NCBI GenBank assembly: GCA_965649765.1
Contig: OZ287755.1
Span: 11,718,001-11,782,000, forward strand
Direction of reading: 5' to 3'
Origin: Bispira polyomma
Lineage: Eukaryota
Length of the DNA stretch: 64,000 bases
Each line of letters opens with the position of its first letter. Within the stretch, counting starts at the first letter, position 1. The notes under the pieces were generated by a model. It ran no database searches, was not told the origin of the DNA, and saw only the letters and a program-made list of their open reading frames with translations. Position numbers and translations under genes: made by a program. Shown here in pieces: positions 51,601 to 64,000 of the stretch.

Positions 51601-52450
51601 TTACCTGCCGAATCATCTCATCTTTGGTGGTGGGGTCGGTTACCTGAATGATATTTTTTAACTTTCCCGCTGCCCACTAAGGCATAGAAAGTTTGTTGAA
51701 TCTATGTCTTTACTTCTGTGCAGCTGCCCATCTCCAGCCTTTATTAGGCCACCTATGAGTAGGGTCAGCGAGCACAACATCACTACAATTAGATCTACCA
51801 GATTTTTTACGAGCCGTTAGCTTATCTTGAAAGAGGTTTACTTGGGCGAGAGTCTAGTATTCAGCCAGTTGCGTGTTGACTTCTTGCTGTATGTCGGGCA
51901 TCGACTTGAGGACATCCAACTTTGGAACTCTTTCATCACCAATTCCTGTTATGCTGGCCTAACGTGCAACGAGGATGGAGCTGTCAAGGGGTTAAACTGT
52001 TGCTGTGTCAGACCAGCCCTGGCTGGAGGGGAAATTGTGAATGCCCTTTGGTACCATTGTTGAATAGTGTTCCGTGAGCTGCCTGGGTAAGCGAGTTCAG
52101 AGAAGTCAAGTTTGTCGAGCCATGAGCTTCTATTCTATCTTTACGTCTGACCATCGCTGTGTTGGCTCGTCAAATCCTCACTGAGCCTGAGTGTTAGGAG
52201 GATGCGGTTGTGTGTCTACGTGGAGAGACATGGACGATCTTTCCTTGAAATGAGTATTGATGGTGGGGGTGTCACCGAACTCGTCCTGTGTACTGGACAG
52301 CAGATCACTTAAGTAGCAAACTTTCCAACTTAAAGCTGGTGTGGGTGTGTTAACCACTATGCCACTATTAATATAGGTTTTAGTACACCACAAAGCCAAA
52401 TCAAAAGTTGAACACCAATTTGCTCATTTCTACACATTTCTTTGCATTTC
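48700..52450 (-). mobile_element. Decayed near-full-length Ngaro-type element (gag, pol, YR)
   Basis: AFFGLLRMSNLASHS...HIIQIPQL (YR) and IYLDSCLTRIGAIWANQVYATPFYNVYG (RNase H); gag traces at 51300-52400; same gene order as 22162-27782; many stops. Confidence 0.88.
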
Positions 52451-53278
52451 CAGTCCAGAAATGGTGGTAAATGATGGTTTACATTGAACACAACACACAG
52501 CCAAGTGCAGGAATAAATTCCAGCTATTAAGTTTGCTTACCTACACTCTACATGGTGTTTGTGTGTCTTTGCAGAATCAGGTAATCTGTAACAGTACATC
52601 ATAACTTTTTTCACTCTAGTGCTATACATAAAAATATCTGCAAAACTGATTCAGTTTCTACATTTATTTTAACTAGTTGTTGTCAATTGTTTTGTCTCGT
52701 TCTCCTTTATGCCCCGACCAGATCCCTAAATTGTTTCATTCCAAGTTATATGTGCAGATGGTCATTTTAGTGGTGACTTGACGGTAATTCGTAACTATGC
52801 CGGTTAATTGTTTCCTTCAAAGTTATATGTGTAGATAGTCATTTTAGTGGCGACTCGCCTGTAATTGATAACTATGCCAATTAGAATGCTAGACGTATCG
52901 ACCTAACAAACGTTTTGACCCTTTTTATCTGTAATGTAGTGTTCATACTATATTCTACATTGTATTCAAACACAACAGTCGGAAATAAGCAACTGTCAAT
53001 ATTGCTTAACACAATGATACTACCAGCCATTAATACGGTCCATAGTGACTGTAACTGGTGAATACCGGTAATGAAAATATCTAGTATCTTCGCGCTTCAA
53101 ATTATCGATAACGTAAGCATTGCCTTCTTATTTTTTCACTTCCAGTGATCAATAATAGGAAGGTTGATGATATTTGTGTGTCAAAAACTGCTCAAAAGCA
53201 AACCATGTATACTGTCAGCACCCATCTTGCTGGTGTATATTTGTCATATAAATAGACCTTGGTTTATTATTTTCACAG

Positions 53279-55326
53279 GGAATTTGCACTGCTCAATATT
53301 GCTGCGACAGAAGATTTACGCTGTCAACAAAGACATCTATTACAACTCAGCAACTATTATCACAGTAATCTATTTGTACTCTACTATTGGAACTATTGGA
53401 ACGATCTCATAAGTGGTATCATTGGAGTCATTATTGATGCTGGACTAGAAGCTATTTCAGAAAATACATATTATTGTTGAAATCTTGCTCTAGTTTAGAC
53501 AAGAAAGGCAGCAATGAGTTCGACCTTGCTAAACAAATACAAAAAAGGTATATAAGTGGTGTATGCAAAGAATCAACACTGCAAGAAGAACAATATATTC
53601 ACATATGCTTGGTTGAACTTCTTTCTAATTTGTCATTAGAAATTCAGAATAGTTCTGAAGGCACACAGGTTGGGTATCCTGATGAATGTGACTTTGCTTT
53701 TCACCCCATACTTACTGGTAGCTCTGTTGATGGCACAAAGGCTGGCTGTCCAGATAAATATGACTTTCTTCTACACATGAATAAGCTAGATGATATATTT
53801 AATGACCGTACCTTTTCAGTAAAAGGCCAGACACTGCTTTTTGAGAGTAGAGATGACAAGGTCCATATGGGTCCTATATTCTAATCTTTTGTAGATATTT
53901 TCAACAAAAAACTGGTTGTTTACCATTTTCCAAAGGGTTTTTCGCTGAAAAGTAAGATTGTTTGTCACGAGTTGAAATCATTGACTTTTGCAGTCCACTG
54001 GCGAGGAGTATATTTCTTGGATCTCGCAATAACTATTGACATTGTTCCAGCATTTAAAATGTCTTCTCCAGTACTGAACAAATTCCCAAGCATCAGACAA
54101 CATGTACAACATGAAATGTACTTGATACCAAAAAGTTAGTTTTGCTCAAGATATACAATGGCAAGTAAAAGAGTATATACTCAAATCCTTGAGTATGACT
54201 ATAGCATACTCAAGGACTTGAGTATAGGACAGAATATTAATAATAACCATGCTATATCTTCACTTTTCATTTATAAAATGAGATATACAAGTCAGAAACA
54301 ATTAGAAAATGTTACTTTATTGTGTAATTCAATCACACTATGATTATTCAAGCTGTTTAACCCAAAACTCAAAGCCTACTGAAGAGTACATAATATAGAT
54401 AATTGTTAGTTAATTTATATTTAATTAAGTCACTTGCTATTGTTTTTCCTAAACTTTGTTGAAGAAAGGTTAATAATTTATACTATTAATATAAAATATT
54501 TGCCTTTTGTGAGTTGTGTGTAGGCTTTATTTTACACCAATAATTTATATGAACGTAGTTTAAACAGTGAATTAAGGTACATATTTTGTGGCTTGTAAGT
54601 AATGATATTGTCACTAAATTCTATTTCTGTTCCTTTAACATTCAAGAAATAACTCAATATACTGCAACAAGTCATTGAAAGACAAACATTTTAACACTGG
54701 CATATCTATTTATTCCTTCTTCCATGTGTGCACAACACTTAGAAATAATAAACAAAAACAGAAATAAAGTTTATGTAAAAATAATAAAAAAACTTGTATC
54801 TTATATTGGAAAGACAAAATGTTAAAGGCTTGCACCATTAATAAATCTTTTTTGATAAGAAATTACAAAACTTGTTGTACAATAACATAATTTACTGCGA
54901 ATTTGTCAATCAGTGACATCATACAGTTGAGTATATACTCAAAATATGCCTGAGTTTATACTTAGTTGAGTTTACGTTCGAGAATACCAATTTGAGTATA
55001 AACTCAGCTGAGTATAAACTCAAGGTTTGAGTTGAGTACATACTCAGATTTGAGTATACATTTTAAACATGACAGTACTTGAACTTCTAGAAAAACTGAT
55101 ACACTGATACACTTTCAAAAATGAAACTATTTTTTTAAACTAATGATGGCATGATACCCAGCTATTTTATTCAGCCAGCAGATATTTGCTCAAGATATAC
55201 AATGGCAAGTAAAAGAGTAGAAAATGAGTTAGGGTTGCTGCAGGACAATATCAAAATTGTCTTTTTTTTGTTGATACTATCATAGAGCAAAGCATCAATA
55301 TGTATCAGAGCACTGGTATGTGTCAA
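53279..55326 (+). pseudogene. ANK-cGLR copy 4: exon-2-only, rearranged pseudogene
   Basis: Acceptor at 53277-53278; internal deletions; catalytic motif altered to GSSVDG..DKYD; interrupted at about 54136-55115; C-terminal coding remnant 55116-55326; exon 1 absent. Confidence 0.9.
54176..55058. mobile_element. Non-autonomous TIR element inserted in copy 4
   Basis: Termini tatactcaaatc / gatttgagtata (imperfect to about 25 bp), many subterminal tgagta...tactca palindromes, TA context, AT-rich non-coding interior. Confidence 0.7.
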
Positions 55327-56442
55327 ATATCTCTGGTATGGAACAGCAGGACAAAAATGATTTCATTGTATAATACAGTGGAAATTGTCTTCATTGTATA
55401 GTAGAGTAGAATGGTCTCCCTAATATTCTTTGCACTGAGGCAAGGATTACAGGTTTCAGGAAAAAGCTCAAAACACATCGGTACCAACCTGCTTTTGCAC
55501 CTTAACATTCATCTCCTGGTCATTACTGACCTCTGATCAAAAATCATTTCTAATTTTTTTGCTTGCTGATTGGGATGTGCACCACAGAAAATGCCTGGTC
55601 ATCTACTGTGGCGCTTTGGAAGTAAAACCATTAACATTACAGCATTTAACATTCATCTGAAGTACTTTCATCAAGTGATTTTAGTAATTACACTTATATA
55701 TGTATGTGTACAGTTCTAACAATTTTAAACATGACAGTACTTGAACTTCTAGAATAACTGATACACTGATACACTTTCTTGATATTGGTTAGGTTCTCAT
55801 AATGTAAGTACTTTTCACAGGACTTTATTGGATAAATGCCCCCACATACTTAGATCTAATATATTACAGATTGGGTTTTTGGAAATTATAAAGCTTCATA
55901 AGAGTTGTTTACATGTTACTAATCAGGAAATTTGTTATGTTACTACTCAGAATAAACCCTTTTTGATATATTTGACGCTTGCAACATGTATTGACAATTG
56001 ATTTGTTAAAACATTAATGCAGTGTAATACGTGTGAAACTATATGGAGACACTTTTGTCTGCATTCTCTAGACTTTCTAGCAACATTTCAACATGTCAAA
56101 CTTGCCATTTACTTCCTTCTCCTGACCAAAACCTCTCCTTCTCTTGATTTGATTGCTAATAAACTACATACACTAGGTCCCAGGATGCACTGTACATTAT
56201 TGACATTAGTAACTTAAAGCATGAAAACTGCTTTTTTTGATGGTTCTGTCGATTTGGTTTGGAACACAGTAGTGCAATTAAGAATTTTATATTTTAGTCT
56301 GGCAACTTTTATTTTTATACTGATGTAATCTATTTTAGTTTTACAATTATACATATATTAGGGTCTAGTATATGTCAGTAACCAAAATTTATTTTCATAA
56401 TGTACTCGTATAGTTCTATTAAATGTGAACACTCCAGAGACT

Positions 56443-56876
56443 CCACAGTTGATGTGTTTTTCTTGTCTTTCGGGTGTATCGGGGTCTGCATCAAATCAGT
56501 TCCTATTTTTTTTTTTAATTTTGGTGGGACCATTCGATTTATATCTTGTTGATTTTACAAGCTGGACCCATCCACTCAATCTTTTATGCTCTATTTCTAC
56601 CTTAATTGTTTGTATCAAAATATTCAACTTAATGTGGCATGACCGTAATAATGTATAACAAATTGGATATGTACATATAATGTAGTAATAGTACACATTG
56701 ATAAAAAATAAATACAAGTAACCACAGTTGATGTGTTTTTCGTGTCTTTCGGGTGTATCGGGGACTGCATTAAATCAGTTCTTAATTTTTTTTTTTACTT
56801 TTGGTTGGACCATTCGATTTATATCTTGTTGATTTTACAAGCTGGACCCATCCATTCAATCTTTTAGGCTCTATTT
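56443..56876. repeat. Direct repeat pair, about 155 bp (56443-56596 and 56722-56876)
   Basis: ccacagttgatgtgttttt...gctggacccatcca...gctctattt occurs twice, about 125 bp apart. Confidence 0.9.
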
Positions 56877-57403
56877 GTATTTTTAGAAATCTGAAGACTT
56901 AAACTCCATTTGGTGTGTTTTTTGCTGTAATACATCTTACATGAATTGTTAAATATGCAAGATTTTAATACACTCCTTTATTGTATTTTAATGAATGTAC
57001 TTTAACATTTAGACTGAATAGCTCTTAAAATAAGGATTATGTGAGAACTTAAATGGCACTGTAACACAGAAAAAACAAATCAATACACATAACAAACACA
57101 CAGTTATGCCTAGCTACTTACGTCATATTTGGGTGTGTGTAAATATATTACTTTGTGTTACTTATATATATGTTTTGTTTTCCATTGTATTCAGTACAAA
57201 TATAAAACAGACTCACAATATGTTTGTATCTATATATGACAAATGTAAAAACAGGCACATATGATAACTGCTTTTGGCAAATAATACACCAAATGTTTAT
57301 GCCTGTACCAAAAAAAAACATGGTGGTGGTGTTAAAGTTAAGTCTACTGCAAATTTAATGGATTGTAATAAAGATTCTTGAAGTTTTCATTCCTCATGAA
57401 GAA

Positions 57404-60386
57404 ATGGAGGAGTCTATGCGTCATGTTAGGCAAATTTGTGCAAAAAAAAACATGCCAATTCTAATTAGAATGTTAATGAAGAATGCTCTCGAGCTAGAGA
57501 AATGTGCCACTGTGGCTCAAAAGGTGAATGATAAAGGTATCTTGAGACTGCTTGAGATGATCAAGGAACCGATTAAAAGTGACTCTAAACTTCAAACAAT
57601 ACAGTTTGATTTGATAAAAAAATGGTTCTACAGTTCTTTCTTTATTTTTCAACCCATGCAGGAAGATCACCTTTCACTGTTTGAGGGGGCTGGGTTGATC
57701 ATGGGACATGAAGAATCCCAACTGATCTGTTGTGACAGCTTAATGGAGTTGAATGCAAGGGATATGCAAAATCTTATTTTTTACTACGGACTCATTCATT
57801 TAGATGTGAATGTCAATGACAGCTTGCCGTTTGGTTTTACCTTACCACTTTGCCAGGTGTGGCTCAGTGCTTTACCTTAAGCTGTTACTTGAGAGAGGTG
57901 CTAATGTCAACAGCAGGGAACCATGCTCTGGCATGACAGCTCTCATGATAGCTGCATGGTTTGGAGATTACAGTATGGTAAAGTGTTTGTTAGATTTCAA
58001 CGCTGATCCATCTTTTGTAGATCACAACAAAGAATCGGCGATCACTTGTGCCTTTACTCACAGCAGTGATATGACCTTTGAGCTATTACTAAATAGACTA
58101 CTTGAAAGAGACCCTAATGTAGATATTGCAGCCCAACTCCACCTCAAAGAATATGAAAAGTCGTTCATATTGACACTGGATAAAAGCACTGACAAATATA
58201 TGTTAGCTATTGTGTGTAGATGGAGAAAATATTGGACTAAACATTACAGGTACATCGAAGCCTTTAGGCCAATGGTGGAGTTCATTTGTGATGACAAAGA
58301 GGTGTATCCCAATTTCCTGCAGTTGGCAACAGTAAGAAATGATTATCAACTGGTGAAGCTACTTCTTCGAGTACTAATTTGTGAGAAAAGTGACAAAAGG
58401 CATCCTTATATCTTAAGTGGTTTCAAGAATGCACTTCTAAATTCCTGTGATCATAAGGTTTTACAACAGTACACATTCACAAAAGTGTGTAGTATTGGTT
58501 TGTGGTACGTATAAACGATTTCATCATAATAATTTACAGAATCTTTAAATATTTGTAGTAATAGAAGTGTTTAGCTATCAAACTTATAATATATTTAATA
58601 TGCAATTTGACGTATTTTACAAAATTGATTGGACCCAATTGCAAATTGCTGTACAGGAAAAATAAATTAAAGAATGAGAAGAAATGTTTCTAATTTCTCC
58701 AAGTAAGACAACAGTAGTCAATAAAAGTATTAACCATGCCATAAAGCATTTTTGTGTGTATCATTGTCCTGTAAGTAAACACTAATTTTTATTTTCACAG
58801 GCAATATGTACCTTACTACTGCTCAGTTGTTACTGTGACAGAAAAGTTAACAAAGACACCAATCACAATTCACTGACAAGTATCGCAGTAATCCTTTTGT
58901 TCTCTACTGTGCTTATTGGCATGATCTCATGAGTGGTGTGATTGGAGTCATCATTGATGTTGGAATAGAAAGCCATTTTAGAAAATACCTTTCAGTGTAC
59001 CATTACTCTCATCTGTTTACCAAAGAATTCAAAGGACTACTCTGTTTGCATATGGCCATGCAACGCCCTTGGCTGTGGAAGTACTTCTATGACAACTGCA
59101 TCAAAGATCATTTCTTTCAAAAGTTAACTGACACAAATGCACTAGAAAAAGCTTGCCAATTTGCTGAGTGGTACCATGTCACCCCTAGAAATGATACTGG
59201 ATATCCAGATGCTGTAAAATTGAAATCTTGCTCTAGTCTAGACACGAAAGGCAGAAATGAGGTTGATTTTGTAAAAGTGATACATAAGACATATATAAGT
59301 GGTGTATGCAAGGAATCAACACACAAAGAAGGACAATATATTCAGAAATGCTTGGTTGAACTTCTTTCTAATTTGTCATTACAAATACAGAATAGTTCTG
59401 ACGAGGCGTTCTCTTTTCACCCCATACTTACTGGGAGCTCCGCTGAAGGCACAAAGGTTGGCTTTCCTGATGAATATGACTTTCTTCTACACATGTATAA
59501 ACTAGATGGCATATTTAATGACTGTACCTTTGCCACAACAGAATCTCTGTGTGCCGAAATTACCAAGAATGGTGAAATGGTTCATGTGGGTGAATTACCG
59601 TATTGTTTTGTAGATATTTTCAACAGAAAATTGGATGTTTACCATTTTCCAGAGGGATTTTTTCTGAAGAGGAAGGTCATTTTCTTTGATTTGAAACCGC
59701 TGTCGTTTGCTGTCCACTGGCGAGGAAAGGATTTCTTAGATCTCACAATAACCATTGACATTGTTTCAGCATTTAAAATTAGTTCACCCACATTGCTCCA
59801 AATCTACCCAAGTGTTGCAAAACATGATATTTACTTGATACCAAAAAATGTGGGCCACCAAGACACATAGTTACGTTGGTCTTTCTCAGTTCATCAGCCT
59901 GCGATTGTAAAAAGTGCTCCAGCAGGTATTAAAGATGGATATAAGTTGGCAAAGGCCATGAGGCATGAAGAAATATGTCCATCAATGAAGGTGAGAAGAG
60001 GAATGTTTGTTGACGCAATGGAATCTATATCATTCTACATGCTAAAAACGTGTCTTTTACATGTGATTAGAGATTCACCAGTCAGTCATTCCTCTCAGAT
60101 GGTTTCAGAAGTCACGGATACTATCCTCTACCATTTAAGCCTGAAGTGGGCTTTAAAAATATATCAGAAAATGAAACTATTCCTGGAAACTAATGACGGC
60201 ATGATACCCAGCTATTTTATTCAGACAGCCGATATTTGCTCAAGATACCCAATGGTAAGTAAAAGAGGAGAGAATGAGGCAGGGTTGCTGCAGAACGATA
60301 TCAAAATTGTCTTGCTTTTTGTTGACACTATTATCAAACTATTGGAGCACAGCATCAATATGTATCAGAGCACCGGTATGTGTTAA
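57404..60386 (+). pseudogene. ANK-cGLR copy 5: full-length, lightly damaged pseudogene (exons 57404-58504 and 58801-60386)
   Basis: Three clear lesions: small deletion near 57845, 8-nt deletion near 58848 and TAG 59868. GSSAEG..DEYD..IDIV and both splice sites are retained. Confidence 0.92.
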
Positions 60387-62039
60387 ACATCTCTGGTATG
60401 GAACAGTAAAGTCAAAAATATAGGACAAAATTGATTTCATTAAAAATAGAGTTGAATTTTTTCTATGTTGTGTAGCAGAGTAGAATCACCTCCCTACTAA
60501 TTTTTGCACTGAGACAAGGTTTACAGGTTTCAGGAAAAAGCTCAAAACACATCTGTAACAACTTGCTTTTCCTTTTTAACATTAATCTGCTCATGACTGA
60601 ACTCTGATATCGAATCTTTTCTCCTATTGAACTAATCTTTTTTCATTCTCTTTGGAATGTGCACAACAGAGGATGCCTGGTCATTGATTGTGGTGCCTTT
60701 GAAGTAAGAACATTAACATTAGATCATTTAAATGTTATTTATCAAGTGACTTTAGTAATTACATGTACTTTTATGTGTACAGTTCTAACAATTTTAAACA
60801 TGATGCTACTTGAACTTCTAGAATCACTAATACACTTTCTTTATATTAGTTAGGACCTAATAATGTGAATACTTTTCATAGGACTTTATTAGATAAATTC
60901 CCCCACATACTTAGGTCTGATATATTACAGATTGGGTTTTTGCAAATTAAAAGCTTTGTAAGAGTTGTTTACATGTTACTAATCAGCATTGTCACTTTTT
61001 GATAAATTTGATGCTTGCCACATGTATTGACAATTGATTTGTTAAAACATTAATGCAGTGTAATACATCTGAAACTATATGGAGACACTTTTTGGGGAAA
61101 CCCACTTTCTAGGAACATTTCAACATGTCAAACCATTCCCTTCTTTCTTCTGACGAAAACCTCTCCCTCTCTTGATTTGATTGTTAATAAACTACATACA
61201 CTAGGTCCCAGGATATACTGAACATTATTGACATTAGTAGCTTAATGCATGAAAACTGCTTTTTTCGTGGTTTTCTTGATTTAGGGTTTTATCACATAAG
61301 ACTATGTGCTCAGGGAACAAACCCTGTATTAAGCAATTTTTATAAGATATAATAAGGAATACATCTACAATGTTGCCGACTGAAGCTGGTTTTTTTGAAA
61401 TGAGATATGGCATGCGATCGAAAATCCAGACTTAATGCTTTTTTGTTGGAAAGTAGTTTTAGATAAAATATGAGTTAAAAATTTTGAATTATTTACCTAA
61501 AAGCAGTTAATAACCAACACGCCTTTATTTATACCTCTTGTTATTTCATCTGCTATTCCATCTAAAGTAGCTAGTGTTAACCATCTATCTAATAGAATAA
61601 ATAAAATGAATCATAAATTATTACACAAGTCATACATTTTAGCAGTCATAAAAAGTATTCACTTTCAAAAGTATATAGTTTAGAGCTTTAAATCTAATTA
61701 AAAGGATAAGATTACTCATACATTACACCGTCTATTTGTTACTACTAACAAAAATCTAACTAGGTAATACACAGTGTAAAAAAAATAGTTTTTTGATCAA
61801 CTTTAATGAGGAAAGTCACTACGTACCAAACAAATTTGGAGACATGTCTAACATATACTGATTAGCTACTTTAAAATTAACCTCATAATGTATAAAAAAA
61901 ATATGGAATTTAAATTCATGTAACATATACTTTAACATAGAAAATGAGCGTATGATGTGAAAATGTCAAATAGCAAAATTCAGTGGCCAGATAACTTCGC
62001 CACAAGCCTTAAAATCTACATATTTACAAAAAGCTATAG

Positions 62040-63560
62040 ACTTTGATAACTACGCATAATTATTCCTCCACATTGTATGAATGTCTGGTACATAAATGTT
62101 GTAGTTTATTACCATCAGTGACAAAGGTAAATGAAATCCATTTGTCATATTTACATACAGATTTCAGACTTACAAGATCAATGGTTTTAACAGGTCTTAA
62201 TTCTATAAACTGGATCAATTCACAGCCACGACATGGCACAATGGTAGTGCAATTCTTGAATAATCTCAACTGTTCTCAAAAATAAGTGTTTCTTGTGCAA
62301 ACATCTGACATTGTGCACCATATAAATCCGAATTTAATGCTTGGAGTGTATATACAGCATATGTGTTAATTCTTTTGCAAACAATATTAAACAATATTAA
62401 GTGAACGGTTGATTAATCTCTTTAATGGTTTCGCTAATGGATAATCAGTCATTTTGATGAACTTTGGAGAGACTCAACCAGGATAATCAGTTTTATTTGG
62501 TTTAAGTTGTTGATTTGGTCAAATACTTCAGTTTCATTAACCTTAATATCTGATAACCTATGATAAGTAGGAAGGTCACCCATTTCATCATTAGATAAAT
62601 TTGCATAACATGTGTCTAAATTTCTATTGATTGCATTTGCTTTAGCTTCATTGTCAACTAGTAATTCCCCAGTTTCAGAGATCAGTGTAGCTATACTGCC
62701 ATTAGATGCATGTGATGGGCATGACTTAGCCAGTCTATAATAAGAAGTATTATCAATAGCCTTTTCGGAATTCAGTTTTACACCTTGGCTACCTCTCAAA
62801 CAAAATTGTTTTGCTCATGCTGGTTTAATTATCTTTAAGTTATGTCTTTTGTCTTTTTGAAACTAACGCTTAACCATGCTGTTTACCCATGATTAAATGG
62901 CTCACAAAGAGTTCAGTAATAGACTCACAAACTTCATCAATATCATTGGAAAGGAAATAGCATTTGTAAAGTCACACACAATCTTATTATAGCCGTTACC
63001 TTTTTCAACTTTAAAGTATATTGTGCAATGATCGTTGTTTAGAAGAGAAGGCTCAACCCCAGTTGCCTTAGCACATCAGGGGAAATTTGTAAACATTTAT
63101 TTATATCTGTGCTTGTGTTCTCAGTAATCTGTGTTGGTTGATGAATATGTGTAGTATGGCTAATAATACAATCTCAATGTCTGCCTAGTATTCAACGAAA
63201 CTCAGCATTACGATCAACAATTAACAATAGGTTATAATTGTTGCCAGTTATAAAATTGTCAAGACTCATTTGAAGGTTAGTCCAGAAATTATTATCAGAC
63301 AGTGGGATGTATAAAGTACCTAACATGGATCTGTAATTTCTGGCGCAGATTTTTAGCCAAAGTGACTCAATATTAGGTGATTCTAAATTGTACCTGGCAT
63401 TAAATACAATAAAATTGACCCAGCATAGAACACCCCCTCCTAAGTAATAATAGATTTTTAACTTGCTTAACTGATGCCAGACATCTTCTAAAGCACAACA
63501 TCATTCACAAAGTTGGTAAAATCATGGGCTGTTTCCATAGCAAATTCGTGATCGGAGGTG
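62040..63560 (-). mobile_element. Degraded CR1-group LINE (endonuclease and post-endonuclease fragments)
   Basis: The minus strand reads GGGV near 63430, LESPNIESLWLKI near 63350-63390 and LLVDNEAKANAIN...LSDIKVNETEVFDQINNL in 62449-62799. Confidence 0.7.
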
Positions 63561-64000
63561 ACGTGGAGGAGAAATATGCGAGGCTGAAGAGATGTGTCTT
63601 AATGTTACTTCCAAAGTCCGCTTACATGTTCTGGTATTACAGACTAAAATTATGTTTAAAATATATGGAAGCTCATATAGGTTTGCAGCTTTGTATGTAG
63701 TAATATTGGTCTTGAAAATGATGTGGTACCTGACAGGTAGCCTTTTTGAAAATACCTAAACAACTGTTTATTGGATTATGGGTTATTTAATAACTATATT
63801 GTGTGGAACTTTATGACTGACAAAATAAGTTTGACTATATTTTATAGTTTATTGCAAACATAATAAGGACTATTTGTGCAGTTGTACATTATATAATATG
63901 ATACCATATGTTAACCGGTAGATCTTGTATTTGACCTATCATTGAAGGAAACAAGAAGGATTTGTTTAGACAATTAAAGGTTCACAGTAATAGATTAGAA

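Noticed and set aside
56443-56876. Miniature LTR element (TRIM)
   Set aside because: The repeats lack TG...CA ends and no PBS, PPT or TSD was seen; treated as a local duplication.

Overview
AT-rich animal (probably invertebrate) genomic DNA. It holds a head-to-tail array of five + strand paralogues of a two-exon gene encoding an N-terminal ankyrin-repeat region fused to a C-terminal Mab-21/cGAS-like nucleotidyltransferase (cGLR-type). Copy 1 (6880-7946 joined to 8270-9896, phase-2 GT-AG intron, about 897 aa, or 882 aa from the second ATG) is intact and keeps the GSxxEG...DxD...D catalytic residues. Copies 2-5 (about 29568-32035, 38445-41619, 53279-55326, 57404-60386) are pseudogenes broken in different ways, and their diagnostic characters are shared in a mosaic pattern. 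Between the copies lie tyrosine-recombinase retrotransposons: one young Ngaro-type element with split direct repeats (22162-27782) that has open gag, RNase H and YR frames but no RT catalytic core, three decayed relatives, and a DIRS-like remnant at the window start. The rest is tRNA-type SINEs with target-site duplications, LINE remnants, MITEs and a 52-bp minisatellite. All assignments come from motif reading by eye; no database search was run.
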